Of a stretch of DNA of 64,000 nt, positions 1-9,432 are shown in pieces. The stretch is from Bacteroidetes bacterium GWA2_40_15 (GTDB taxonomy: Bacteria; Bacteroidota; Bacteroidia; Bacteroidales; VadinHA17), in the NCBI GenBank assembly GCA_001768195.1, contig MENI01000097.1:4908-68907 (forward strand), in the 5' to 3' direction. The notes beneath the pieces were generated by a model. The model did no database searches, was not told where the DNA came from, and saw nothing but the letters and a program-made list of their open reading frames with translations. A program made the position numbers and the translations under genes. The number at the start of each line of letters is the position of its first letter. Position 1 is the stretch's first letter.

Positions 1-69
1 TTGGGGGGTTTGGGGGTAGAAATAGACTTTTTCAACAGCCCCAAAATGCCAGAGAAAAACTGAATTTTC

Positions 70-1059
70 CTAGTACAGCTTATTTGCTGCCATATACTCC
101 GCGATCTGAACTGCATTTGTAGCAGCGCCTTTTCTTATATTATCTGAAACGATCCAGATATTAAGACATTTCTCTTTCGACAGGTCTCTTCTTATCCTTC
201 CCACAAAAACCTCATCCCTGTTATGTGCCATCAGGGGCATTGGGTATTCATTCATGGAAGGGTTGTCGTAAACCACTACACCGGGGAACCCGTTGATGAG
301 CTTTTTCACATCATCAATGTCAAATTCTTTTTCAAATTCAATATTTACGGCTTCAGAGTGTCCTCCTACTACCGGGATCCTTACAACAGTTGCTGTAACC
401 ATAATGGTCTGATCTTCCAGTATTTTTCGTGTTTCATCAATCAGTTTCTGCTCTTCGCTGGTGTAACCGTCAGGCTGAAACGATCCGCCATGAGGGAAAC
501 AGTTCTTGTCAATGGGATGAGCATACACCATATCTCCTTTTTTCCCGGCTCTTTCATTCTCCATCTGAGCCACAGCTTTTACTCCTGTGCCGGTAACAGA
601 CTGGTATGTAGCAACAACGAGTCTTTTTATGCGGTATTTCCTGTGAAGTGGAGCAAGAGCCATTACCATCTGAATAGTTGAACAGTTCGGATTGGCAATT
701 ATACGGTCACCTTTTTTAATAACATGACTGTTTATTTCCGGCACTATCAGAGGAACCTCTTTGTACATGCGCCAGAATGACGAATTATCGATAACAACTG
801 TCCCGTTCTTTGCAAATTCGGGAGCCCATTCCTTTGATATTGTTGCACCTGCAGAAAATATCGCAAAATCAGGTTTTGCATCAACTGCCTCCCTGACGCT
901 TACTACCTTTACAGCCTTTCCCCTGAACATGATCTCTTTACCGACCGACATTTCCGAAGCGGCTGGAATAAGTTGTGTTACAGGGAAATTTCTCTCCTCG
1001 AGTACTTTGATCATTGTCTGGCCGACCATCCCGGTGGCACCCACAACAGCTGTTTTCAT
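70..1059 (-). CDS. asd: aspartate-semialdehyde dehydrogenase
   Basis: 329-aa ORF. N-terminal Rossmann motif VVGATGMVGQ and active-site stretch IIANPNCSTIQMV. Full-length Asd-like layout. Confidence 0.9.
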   Translation of the reverse strand: MKTAVVGATGMVGQTMIKVLEERNFPVTQLIPAASEMSVGKEIMFRGKAVKVVSVREAVDAKPDFAIFSAGATISKEWAPEFAKNGTVVIDNSSFWRMYKEVPLIVPEINSHVIKKGDRIIANPNCSTIQMVMALAPLHRKYRIKRLVVATYQSVTGTGVKAVAQMENERAGKKGDMVYAHPIDKNCFPHGGSFQPDGYTSEEQKLIDETRKILEDQTIMVTATVVRIPVVGGHSEAVNIEFEKEFDIDDVKKLINGFPGVVVYDNPSMNEYPMPLMAHNRDEVFVGRIRRDLSKEKCLNIWIVSDNIRKGAATNAVQIAEYMAANKLY

Positions 1060-1120
1060 GATGGTAATTTGTTTGAAATGATTGAAATATTTATTAACTT
1101 TACTCTCTTGTTATGAGCGT

Positions 1121-1128
1121 CAAAATTA
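1121..1128 (-). promoter_or_regulatory. candidate Bacteroidota -7 box (TAATTTTG on minus strand) for asd
   Basis: Plus-strand caaaatta reads as TAnnTTTG on the minus strand, about 60 nt upstream of the asd ATG. No clear -33 TTTG seen. Confidence 0.3.
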
Positions 1129-1154
1129 GCTTTTTTTTCAATTCGTCGCGCTGC

Positions 1155-3773
1155 ATGAAAAAAGTAATTTTGTTGTTTGTGTTGTTGCCATACCTGGCAT
1201 CAGGACAGGTTTTTGACGGCTTTGAATCGGGATTCCCGGTAAACTGGGAACAGAGCAGCCCGTATCGGTGGTCGTCCGACTCGGCAGGAGCCCTGTCAGG
1301 AAAGTACTCCCTGCACCATATTTACGATAACCCCGATGCCGGAACAGACCTTATTGGAATTCCTGTTCCCAATCTTCATCCTGATGAAGGCGTTACAACC
1401 TGGTCATTTGTGCTGCGACATGGATACGATCCTTCCTCTTCAAATAACTGGTCAGTATTCCTGTTCTCAGATGCCCGGCCTTCTTCAATACCCGCTGATG
1501 GTAATACAAATGGATTCGCAGTAGGCGTTAATCTTACCGGATATGATGATACTCTCCGGCTATGGAAGGTTAAAGGAAACCTTCTGACACCTGTTGTCAA
1601 TTCAGGTGTAAACTGGCAGACAGACGTTGGAACAACAAACATAGTCAGAATAGAGGTGGAAAGATATCCTGATGGCAGATGGGTTCTTTCTCTGTACCGG
1701 AATAACGGAGACTTAATCACAACCAGCTATGGTATTGAACCTGAATTATCTGAATCAACATGGTTTGTGATATTCTACAGGTACTCATCGAGCCGCGACC
1801 GTCTTCTGTGGATTGATGATATAAGCATTGAAGGTACGTTTTATGCAGATACAACTCCTCCTGCAGTAACAAAATACAGGATCACCGGAAAACAATCGGT
1901 TGAGATAACACTAAATGAATATCCTGGTGAACAGTTCAGCAGTATTGATAACTTTTATCTTAATTCAGTTGATAATAAGCCATTTTCCGTTGTAAATAAA
2001 AATGATCAGGTATTTGTATTGAAATTCGCTGATGAATTCATTAACAAGACATTGAATAAATTGAATATCAGGCATATATGTGATGAGAACGGGAACGTGA
2101 GTCAGGATACAATGATTAGTTTTACTCCGGTTTGGGCAGAGAGAGGCGATATAATTATTTCTGAGATAATGGCCGACCCCCTTCCCTCTGTTTCACTTCC
2201 GGGAAGGGAGTACCTTGAGATAACAAACAGGACTGAATTCTCATATAATCTTGAAAACTGGAAGCTTATTTCCGGAGATCAGATTATCATTTTTCCTCCT
2301 GTAAATATAGGCCCTTCAGAGATTAAGATTATCAGTTCCTTACAGGACACTATGTTATTCAGAGAGTTTGGACAGACAATCGGGTTGAAGCAATTCCCGG
2401 CACTTACTGATGGGGGAAAACTTTTATGCCTGAGTGATACATCATCCTCTATGATTCATGGTGTTGATTACTCAGCGAATTGGTATGGCAATGATCTGAA
2501 ATCGAAGGGAGGGTGGTCGCTTGAGATGATTGACGCATCATATCCGTTTCATTACGAAGAAAACTGGACAGCTTCAGTCTCGAGGAAAGGAGGAACACCA
2601 GGCATGGTTAACTCAGTTTCGCGTGTAAACAGAGATATGCTGTTTAATGGTATTCTGAATGTTTTCCCTGCTGAAAGTACCATAATTACCTGCAGATTCT
2701 CTGAACCGGTTTCTGATTTTTACGGCAACGGGAAAAGCTTTATTCAGGAAGGTCCGGTTATCGAAAATGTTTATCCTGCTGATCTCTTATTCCGTGAATT
2801 CAGAATAAAGCTGTCAGCTCCACTGAATTTCGGGAGCAGTTATATAATTGATTTTCCGGATAATATTACAGATTTTGCAGGAAACAAAATGGAGAGATCG
2901 TCTTTTGCATTTGGATTGGCAGAATCCCCTTCGGCAGGTGAGATATTGTTTAATGAGCTGCTTTTCAATCCTGTTCCGGGTGATCCTGATTACATTGAAT
3001 TTTACAATTGTTCAGACAGGATTATTGATGCCTCAAGACTTCATCTTGTTTCAGTAAACGGTGCAATGGCTGATACCTCCGATCTGGTCCCTGTTTCGCA
3101 GGAGAAAAGATGCATCATGCCCGGAACATATTTTGCCGTAACATCCGACAGGCAGAAAATCATCGACAGATATGCATCTTCTGTTCCTGAAAGTCTGTTT
3201 GAAATATCATCTCTTCCTTCAATGTCTGATAATGAGGGATTGCTTATACTGTTCAACAGCGAGCTGGATGTTATTGATAAAGTTTCATACAGTGAAGACA
3301 TGCATAATCCCCTTCTCTCCGGTTTTGAAGGGATAGCACTTGAAAAAACAGGAAAATGCAATTTGTCGCGAGAGACTGCCAGCTGGCATTCTGCAACTGA
3401 AATTTCAGGATGGGGTACCCCGGGTGGTCCGAATTCTGTATATGCTGAACTATTAGGTCAGACAGATAAGATGAGCCTTTCATCAACTAAGATTACACCT
3501 GACAATGACGGGTATGAAGATTTTCTGTCAATAAGCATTTCACTAACTGGAAATGCTAATGCAGTGTCTGTATCGGTGTTTGATGAGGCAGGAGGTTTTG
3601 TAAAAAAGATTGCGTCGAATATGCTTACCGGAGCTGAAGCGACATTTTTATGGGATGGTACGGCTGATGACGGCTCTCCGGTTAATTCAGGGATCTATAT
3701 AATCCTTATCAATCTGTTTGATGATAAGGGAAAAACGGAAAGGTGGAAAAAAGTGTGTACAGTATTAAGGTAG
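1155..3773 (+). CDS. secreted protein with two lamin-tail-domain-like segments and an Ig-like/sorting-type C-terminal tail
   Basis: The track ORF is 1113..3773. The internal ATG at 1155 gives signal peptide MKKVILLFVLLPYLASGQ. LTD-like strings are ISEIMADPLP..REYLEITN..LENWKL (nt ~2155-2290) and ILFNELLFNPVPGDPDYIEFYN (nt ~2940-3050). C-terminal string FLWDGTADDGSPVNSGIYII. Confidence 0.6.
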   Translation: MKKVILLFVLLPYLASGQVFDGFESGFPVNWEQSSPYRWSSDSAGALSGKYSLHHIYDNPDAGTDLIGIPVPNLHPDEGVTTWSFVLRHGYDPSSSNNWSVFLFSDARPSSIPADGNTNGFAVGVNLTGYDDTLRLWKVKGNLLTPVVNSGVNWQTDVGTTNIVRIEVERYPDGRWVLSLYRNNGDLITTSYGIEPELSESTWFVIFYRYSSSRDRLLWIDDISIEGTFYADTTPPAVTKYRITGKQSVEITLNEYPGEQFSSIDNFYLNSVDNKPFSVVNKNDQVFVLKFADEFINKTLNKLNIRHICDENGNVSQDTMISFTPVWAERGDIIISEIMADPLPSVSLPGREYLEITNRTEFSYNLENWKLISGDQIIIFPPVNIGPSEIKIISSLQDTMLFREFGQTIGLKQFPALTDGGKLLCLSDTSSSMIHGVDYSANWYGNDLKSKGGWSLEMIDASYPFHYEENWTASVSRKGGTPGMVNSVSRVNRDMLFNGILNVFPAESTIITCRFSEPVSDFYGNGKSFIQEGPVIENVYPADLLFREFRIKLSAPLNFGSSYIIDFPDNITDFAGNKMERSSFAFGLAESPSAGEILFNELLFNPVPGDPDYIEFYNCSDRIIDASRLHLVSVNGAMADTSDLVPVSQEKRCIMPGTYFAVTSDRQKIIDRYASSVPESLFEISSLPSMSDNEGLLILFNSELDVIDKVSYSEDMHNPLLSGFEGIALEKTGKCNLSRETASWHSATEISGWGTPGGPNSVYAELLGQTDKMSLSSTKITPDNDGYEDFLSISISLTGNANAVSVSVFDEAGGFVKKIASNMLTGAEATFLWDGTADDGSPVNSGIYIILINLFDDKGKTERWKKVCTVLR

Positions 3774-3787
3774 TATTAAATCAATTG

Positions 3788-3807
3788 CCGTTGGCTTTAG
3801 CCAACGG
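3788..3807. terminator. GC hairpin between convergent genes (ccgttggc-ttta-gccaacgg)
   Basis: Perfect 8-bp stem with a 4-nt loop, between the stop at 3773 (+) and the stop at 3842 (-). No strong T-run, so terminator function is uncertain. Confidence 0.35.
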
Positions 3808-3841
3808 TAATGTAAAGATATTTAGTGAGTTGGCAGAGATT

Positions 3842-4651
3842 TTATAGTGATTTTATCATCTCTGTCATAATGGTTGTCATGCGTGATTCTGTTTTTTCGG
3901 CCTCAATCTGGACTGATTCGTGGGTAACATATTCTATCTTCCCTTCAATTCCCAGATCGGTAATTACACTTACTGCAAAGCATGGAAGGTTCATATGCCT
4001 GGCAACAATTACCTCAGGGGTAGTTGACATGCCAACTGCGTCTGCACCAATAATCCTGAAATATCTGTATTCGGCAGGAGTTTCAAAAGTGGGTCCGCTG
4101 GTTGCCAGATATACACCTTTATGTATCCTTATTTTATTTTCACCTGCAATAATCAGGGCTTTCTTTATAAGGTATTTGTCGTATGCCTCGCCCATATCGG
4201 GGAATCGTACGCCAATCCTGTCATCGTTCTGCCCTAGAAGCGGATTAGGAAGAAGGTTAATATGGTCGGTTATTACCATAATATCTCCTATCTGAAATTC
4301 CGGGTTAACACCGCCAGCTGCATTCGACAGAAACAGGCATTTGATTCCGAGGTACTTCAGGATTCTCACCGGGAATGAAACCTGCTCCGGGCCATAACCT
4401 TCATAATAGTGAAACCTGCCTTTCATTGCAACTATCTTTCTTCCTCCGAAATCACCATAAATAAGTTTCCCATCATGCCCTTCAACTGTAGATACCGGGA
4501 AGTTGGGAATGTTCCTGTAATCAATCTCAATACAGTTTTTCATCCTTGCTGTAAGTCCGCCAAGTCCGGTGCCCAGTATTATACCTGCATCAGGATCAAT
4601 GATCCCTTCAGATCTCAGAAACTCTGTTGTTTCGTTTATTTTTTCTAACAT
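3842..4651 (-). CDS. punA: purine nucleoside phosphorylase (trimeric PNP/inosine-guanosine type)
   Basis: 269 aa. Motifs ILGTGLGGL, GRFHYYEGY, FLSNAAGG and VGMSTTPEV are typical of the PNP-I family. Confidence 0.85.
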   Translation of the reverse strand: MLEKINETTEFLRSEGIIDPDAGIILGTGLGGLTARMKNCIEIDYRNIPNFPVSTVEGHDGKLIYGDFGGRKIVAMKGRFHYYEGYGPEQVSFPVRILKYLGIKCLFLSNAAGGVNPEFQIGDIMVITDHINLLPNPLLGQNDDRIGVRFPDMGEAYDKYLIKKALIIAGENKIRIHKGVYLATSGPTFETPAEYRYFRIIGADAVGMSTTPEVIVARHMNLPCFAVSVITDLGIEGKIEYVTHESVQIEAEKTESRMTTIMTEMIKSL

Positions 4652-5705
4652 ATTCGATTATAAGTTTATTAAATTCAGCAGTGTCGTCATTCAAAAAACA
4701 GATTCCGACAGGGATGTAATAAAATGCCGACCTTATGGGGTCAGCAATATTAGTAAATTCCTTTAGCCTCACAGAGTCTTTTTCTGTTGTTAAGACAAAT
4801 TTCAAAGCTGTTTTAAGCTGATCGAATGCATTATAAACTGCATTCAGGTCTTTTTCCCGGAATGTATAGTGATCGGGATAGCGAAGATGTATTATCTCTC
4901 CGGCAGTCTCCTGAAGATATTCCTTCAGGGGGATTGGATTTGCAATTCCTGTGATGAGGACGACACCTGTTCCGTTAAGCTTTTTGAGGTCAGGAATTGG
5001 ACCTGATGATTCTTTTCTGTCAAAAAGCGGTACCGGCGGATTATATTTTATTGATGTAAAATAGAGGTTTTGATAAGGAGCTTTGTTTATCTCCTTCACA
5101 ATAAGTCTTCTTTGTATCGGATTTATATTAACAGGAGATTTTGTGATCAGTATTATATCTGCCCTCCTCATATTTGAAATACTCTCTCTGAGATTTCCAT
5201 AAGGAAGCATGTGGTCACTGATTACCGGCCTGTTAAAATCTGACAGAAGTATCGAAAACCCCGGTGTGATCCTGCGGTGCTGAAATGCATCGTCAAGAAT
5301 TATTACTTCTGTTTCAGGATGTAATTCCATGATTCTCCTGACCCCTTTAACCCGGTTTCTGTCAACAGCCACCAGAACATCGGGGTATTTCCGCGATATC
5401 TGTAATGGTTCATCACCTGATTCAGCTACAGTTGATGATGTTGTCACCACCCTGAAACCACTGCTGGTCCTCTTATATCCCCTGCTGAGTACCGCTACTT
5501 TGAAATTCTCTCGGAGCAATCCGGCCAGGTATTCAGCATGAGGGGTTTTCCCTGTTCCTCCTACAGTAATGTTTCCTACACATATTACAGGTAAACGGAA
5601 TTCAACAGAAGGTAATATCCCGGTATTATAGAGAAAATTCCTGATGACGGTAACCAGTCCGTAGATTAACGAAAGAGGATATAGAAGTATCCTGCCGTTT
5701 CCCAT
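4608..5705 (-). CDS. lpxK: tetraacyldisaccharide 4'-kinase
   Basis: 365 aa. P-loop VGNITVGGTGKTP and an LpxK-like N-terminal membrane helix. The 3' end overlaps the PNP start by 44 nt. Confidence 0.85.
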   Translation of the reverse strand: MGNGRILLYPLSLIYGLVTVIRNFLYNTGILPSVEFRLPVICVGNITVGGTGKTPHAEYLAGLLRENFKVAVLSRGYKRTSSGFRVVTTSSTVAESGDEPLQISRKYPDVLVAVDRNRVKGVRRIMELHPETEVIILDDAFQHRRITPGFSILLSDFNRPVISDHMLPYGNLRESISNMRRADIILITKSPVNINPIQRRLIVKEINKAPYQNLYFTSIKYNPPVPLFDRKESSGPIPDLKKLNGTGVVLITGIANPIPLKEYLQETAGEIIHLRYPDHYTFREKDLNAVYNAFDQLKTALKFVLTTEKDSVRLKEFTNIADPIRSAFYYIPVGICFLNDDTAEFNKLIIEYVRKNKRNNRVSEI

Positions 5706-5708
5706 TTT

Positions 5709-7478
5709 TCAGCGGATATCAATGAAATATGGAAGCAGGGCCTGTATACCTGTGAGATCTTTCAATTCCATCAGCCTGTTGTAATATTCCACCGATTCAC
5801 CAAGCTCTTTTCTAAGCAGGCTCATGCGAACATCTTCGCTCAGCTGTGTTAACAGTCTGGTATAAGGATCCTCAAGTTGCGGAAGTTCCCTGATTTTATA
5901 TTTGTCGATACCTGCCAGCTGTGCGGCTCCGGTTATTGCATCATTCAGTCCACCCATCTCATCTACCAGTCCTATCTTCATAGCTCTGGTTCCGCTCCAT
6001 ACTCTTCCCTGTCCGATATTGTCGACAGCATCGAAAGAAATTTTCCTTCCATCAGCTACTTTACTGACGAAATCACTGTACACCTTCTCAATGCTCATCT
6101 GCATTATCTCTTTTTCATAGCTGTTCATCGGCCGGAAGATTGAGGGGAAATCGGAATTCTTATTTGTGTTTACGGTCTCAGTTGAGAGGCCCAGTTTTTT
6201 CTCGAAGAGAGTTCTTGCATTGGGAAGCAGTCCGAATACTCCAATTGAACCCGAGATCGTTGCAGGACTTGCATATATTTTTGTTGCCGGGGCTGAGATA
6301 TAATATCCACCGGATGCGGCATAATTCCCCATTGATATTACTACTGGTTTGACTTTTTCGGCTAGCATAAGTTCCCGCCAGATAATATCCGATGCAATTG
6401 CATTACCGCCGGGGGAGTTAACTCGCAGTACAATTGCCTTAACTGCAGTGTCGAGCCTTTCTTTCCTTATTACTTCGGCATAATGCCTGCCTCCGATATT
6501 TGTCTCATTTCCTTTGCCTGCAACAATATTCCCTTCGGCGTATATTACAGAGATCCTGTTTTTGGAGGTAAAGACTTTTGCGGGATCCGGTACTTTGACA
6601 TATCTGGTCATTTTTACAAGTTTCAGCTCCTTCTCTTTCTCAATGCCTGCAAGCGCTTTGAGAGTGTCAATCAGTTCATCCCTGTACATAAGTCCGTCAA
6701 CCAGATTATTTTCATAAGCGAGGGTAGCAAGATTGCCTGTCAGGTTATCGGCATCCTGGCGAAGCTTTTCTACAGGAATCTCCCTGGCTTCAGAGACAGT
6801 CTCAATTACATGTTCCCATATTGATCCTGTGTAGTCTTTTATCTGCTCCCTGTTCTCCTCGCTGAGTTTATCGAGAATGAATGGTTCAACAGCTCCCTTG
6901 AATTTGCCATGCCTGGTTACCTGGACATCAATACCCAGTTTTTCCAGTGCATTTTTGAAGAACATTACTTCGCTGCTGAGTCCTTTGAATTCAACCATTG
7001 ATCCGGGACTGACGTATATCTTATCGGCAGCTGTTGACAGATAGTAGCATTGTTGTGTGAGTATGTAATCGGCATAGGAGATGACAAATTTACCCGAATC
7101 CCTGAATTCCATCAGAGCTTTGCGTATCTCGCCTGTTGTTGCCCAGCCTGAGGGAAGAAGTCCGTTCTCAATAAGGATTCCTTTGATTTTCCTGTCTGCA
7201 GATGCTTTTTGAATATTCCGGAGTATTTCATTCAGACCTACCGACGGGGTGAATGTCATATCCATCAGATCGAGTCCCTGAAATGGATTTTTAGTTCCCC
7301 TGTCAGGTATAATGACTCCGGCATTCAGCACAAGTATGGAATTTTCGCTTACAGATACAGGTTTATCGCCTGATGCAACAAGAGCGCTCAGTGCTGCAAT
7401 CATTATAATGAAAAAAAGTATAGATGTGATTATTATCCCGGTTATAGTTGCAAATGTATATTTCAGAAAGTTTTTCAT
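5709..7478 (-). CDS. sppA: signal peptide peptidase SppA, 67K type
   Basis: The track ORF extends to 7589. The ATG at 7478 gives MKNFLKYTFATITGIIITSILFF (TM anchor) and sits 26 nt downstream of a perfect -7 box. Duplicated ClpP-like domains (GGYYIS..ATISGSIGV). Confidence 0.85.
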   Translation of the reverse strand: MKNFLKYTFATITGIIITSILFFIIMIAALSALVASGDKPVSVSENSILVLNAGVIIPDRGTKNPFQGLDLMDMTFTPSVGLNEILRNIQKASADRKIKGILIENGLLPSGWATTGEIRKALMEFRDSGKFVISYADYILTQQCYYLSTAADKIYVSPGSMVEFKGLSSEVMFFKNALEKLGIDVQVTRHGKFKGAVEPFILDKLSEENREQIKDYTGSIWEHVIETVSEAREIPVEKLRQDADNLTGNLATLAYENNLVDGLMYRDELIDTLKALAGIEKEKELKLVKMTRYVKVPDPAKVFTSKNRISVIYAEGNIVAGKGNETNIGGRHYAEVIRKERLDTAVKAIVLRVNSPGGNAIASDIIWRELMLAEKVKPVVISMGNYAASGGYYISAPATKIYASPATISGSIGVFGLLPNARTLFEKKLGLSTETVNTNKNSDFPSIFRPMNSYEKEIMQMSIEKVYSDFVSKVADGRKISFDAVDNIGQGRVWSGTRAMKIGLVDEMGGLNDAITGAAQLAGIDKYKIRELPQLEDPYTRLLTQLSEDVRMSLLRKELGESVEYYNRLMELKDLTGIQALLPYFIDIR

Positions 7479-7504
7479 GTGAAGGAGGTTTATTAATTGG
7501 GTTT

Positions 7505-7512
7505 CAAATATA
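7505..7512 (-). promoter_or_regulatory. -7 box TATATTTG (minus strand) for sppA
   Basis: Plus-strand caaatata reads as TAnnTTTG on the minus strand, 26 nt upstream of the ATG at 7478. Confidence 0.45.
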
Positions 7513-7553
7513 TAAAAAACTATATTATTCTGTAAAGGTACGCATGTATTTAA

Positions 7554-7561
7554 TACTTTTG
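7554..7561 (+). promoter_or_regulatory. -7 box TACTTTTG for folK
   Basis: Perfect TAnnTTTG immediately upstream of the folK start region. Its position argues that the true start is the 7575 or 7581 ATG, not 7566. Confidence 0.4.
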
Positions 7562-7565
7562 TATT

Positions 7566-8084
7566 ATGATTGAAATGGCAATGAGACAAGTATTTCTGGG
7601 CATTGGGTCAAATCTGGGGAACAGGGAAGAGAACCTGAAAAATGCTCTCTGCAGGATCGGGGAGGAGATTGGCAGTATTTTAATTTCATCATCAGTTTAT
7701 GAGACCGAACCATGGGGGTTCGATGCTGATAATCAGTTCCTTAATATGGTGATAAAGATTGAAACAAAGCTTATACCACCTGATCTTCTTGATGCATTGC
7801 TTGAAATCGAAAGATCAATGGGAAGAGTAAGAGATAAGAAGCAGTATTCATCACGTGTGATAGATATTGATATTCTGTTTTATGAAGATCACGTCATAGC
7901 TTACCATAAACTGAGAATACCTCATCCATATATTCCTGATCGCCGGTTTGTTCTTGTGCCTCTTATTGAAATCGCACCTGATTTTATTCATCCTGTATTT
8001 CATAAATCTGTTAAGGAACTACTCTGTTCATGCAGTGATAATTCTGCAGTCAGAATTGTAACAGATTATTCGGATGACCGTTAA
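7566..8084 (+). CDS. folK: 2-amino-4-hydroxy-6-hydroxymethyldihydropteridine diphosphokinase
   Basis: VFLGIGSNLGNREENL, YETEPWG and ID(I)DIL motifs. The start is more likely at 7581 (MRQVFLGIGSN). Confidence 0.85.
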   Translation: MIEMAMRQVFLGIGSNLGNREENLKNALCRIGEEIGSILISSSVYETEPWGFDADNQFLNMVIKIETKLIPPDLLDALLEIERSMGRVRDKKQYSSRVIDIDILFYEDHVIAYHKLRIPHPYIPDRRFVLVPLIEIAPDFIHPVFHKSVKELLCSCSDNSAVRIVTDYSDDR

Positions 8085-8100
8085 CCTCACTCCTCACTTC

Positions 8101-8135
8101 GCCTTCCGTCTTCTGTCTTCCGTCTTCCGTCTTAT
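8101..8135. repeat. tandem heptamer repeat, about 5 units (gccttcc gtcttct gtcttcc gtcttcc gtcttat)
   Basis: Read directly from the sequence, between the convergent folK and radC stops. Confidence 0.7.
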
Positions 8136-8136
8136 A

Positions 8137-8820
8137 TCATATCAACCCGTTATCCGCAAAACTGTAGTAGTCCTTATCCGAGATTATCAGGTGATCGAGA
8201 AGTTGTATATCCATAAGGTTTCCGGCATCCTTTATTTTCTGGGTGATCTTCGAATCTGACTCACTGGGATTGAGATTCCCTGAGGGATGATTATGACAGA
8301 CTATGATACCCGATGCAAGATATTCGATTGCCTTTTTCATAACAAGTCTGACATCTGTAACAGTTCCGCTTATGCCACCCTGGCTGAGTTTCATCCTGTT
8401 TATGACCCTGTTTGACCTGTTGAGGAACAGGATCCAGAACTCTTCATGTAGCAGGTCCGACAGCAGTGGTTGGAATATATCAGCAACATCCTTTGAGCAT
8501 TTTATCTGTGGTACATCAGGCACTTCAGCAAGTTTTCGCCTGCGTCCCAGTTCAAGCGCCGCAGCTATGGTCACAGCACGGGCAGTTCCTATGCCATGTA
8601 GTTTTTTCAGATCATTAATCGATAGTTTTCCAAGGCTGTTGAGATTATTGTTTACTATGCCGAGTAATTCACGGCCAAGGTCAACTGCCGATTTATGCCT
8701 TGTACCTGAACTGATAAGGATTGCAAGCAATTCAGCATCACTCAGACTGGCTGTTCCTTTCTGAATAAGCTTCTCCCTGGGCCTGTCCTCGACAGCCCAC
8801 TCTGTAATTTTGATTGACAT
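8137..8820 (-). CDS. radC: RadC-family JAB-domain protein
   Basis: 227 aa. N-terminal PREKL..LSDAELLAILI and the JAMM motif HNHPSGNLNPSESD. Confidence 0.85.
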   Translation of the reverse strand: MSIKITEWAVEDRPREKLIQKGTASLSDAELLAILISSGTRHKSAVDLGRELLGIVNNNLNSLGKLSINDLKKLHGIGTARAVTIAAALELGRRRKLAEVPDVPQIKCSKDVADIFQPLLSDLLHEEFWILFLNRSNRVINRMKLSQGGISGTVTDVRLVMKKAIEYLASGIIVCHNHPSGNLNPSESDSKITQKIKDAGNLMDIQLLDHLIISDKDYYSFADNGLI

Positions 8821-8855
8821 TTTAGCACGAGTTTGAAATGTCTGTGCAAGATAAT

Positions 8856-8889
8856 AAAAAAAGGCCGTCCACCAACCTGGGGACAGCCT
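8856..8889 (-). terminator. rho-independent terminator of rpsT
   Basis: The minus strand reads aggctgtcc-ccaggttggt-ggacggcct followed by ttttttt, 20 nt after the rpsT stop. Confidence 0.7.
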
Positions 8890-8908
8890 CTTTTAATATT
8901 ATAAATTC

Positions 8909-9160
8909 TTATAAGCTGTTAACGTGCTTTACAAGTGAAGATTTAAGGTTGGAGGCCTTTTTCTTGTGAATAATGTTCTTCTTGGCCAGCTTGTCAAGCA
9001 TTGATGTAAGCTTTGGAAGCTGGGTTGATGCCTCTTCCTTGTTGGTTGTGGCGCGAAGAGCCTTGAGAGCATTACGGGTTGTTTTTGCGTAATACTTGTT
9101 GTTCTCTTTTCTTACTTCAGTCTGCCTGATCCTTTTTACTGACGACTTGTGATTTGCCAT
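8909..9160 (-). CDS. rpsT: 30S ribosomal protein S20
   Basis: 83 aa and basic. MANHKSSVKRIRQ is typical of S20. Confidence 0.9.
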   Translation of the reverse strand: MANHKSSVKRIRQTEVRKENNKYYAKTTRNALKALRATTNKEEASTQLPKLTSMLDKLAKKNIIHKKKASNLKSSLVKHVNSL

Positions 9161-9193
9161 GCTTTTACAGTTATTGTCTTAAATTTATTTTTG

Positions 9194-9265
9194 TAGTCCA
9201 TAGGGGAATCGAACCCCTGTTACCAGGATGAAAACCTGACGTCCTAACCACTAGACGAATGGACC
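9194..9265 (-). tRNA. tRNA-Glu (anticodon TTC)
   Basis: The reverse complement GGTCCATTCGTCTAGTGGTTAGGACGTCAGGTTTTCATCCTGGTAACAGGGGTTCGATTCCCCTATGGACTA folds as a cloverleaf. The anticodon loop is TTTTCAT and the T-arm is GGTTCGATTCC. Closely parallels E. coli tRNA-Glu. Confidence 0.9.
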
Positions 9266-9432
9266 ATGCAAAGAACTTTTAAATGCGGATGCAAAGAAAC
9301 GATGTTTTTTTAAATCTGCAAAATTTTTTAACCTAAAAAACACTATTTGATTTTTTTCATTGCCCTGGCAACTTGTGCTATTGCCTGATCATATCCATGA
9401 TATTCAAGGTCGAATACAATTCTTTTCAGATT

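Noticed and set aside
223-1081. Long plus-strand ORFs (223-681, 761-1081) antisense to asd, and similar antisense ORFs listed throughout the track inside lpxK, sppA, the GH genes, fumarase, glpK, SulP and others.
   Set aside because: They lie entirely within well-supported genes on the opposite strand. They have low-complexity or odd composition and no recognisable motifs. They are typical shadow ORFs.
4608-4651. The 44-nt overlap between the lpxK 3' end and the PNP 5' end as evidence of a frameshift or pseudogene.
   Set aside because: Both proteins look full-length, with intact N- and C-terminal motifs. The overlap is compatible with a compact operon or with a slightly later PNP start.
9352-9432. 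A short minus-strand frame (LKRIVFDLEYHGYDQAIAQVARAMKKIK*) between the GH gene and tRNA-Glu.
   Set aside because: It has only ~27 codons, is bounded by an upstream stop and has no start codon. It is too short to assign. I mention it only as a possible remnant.
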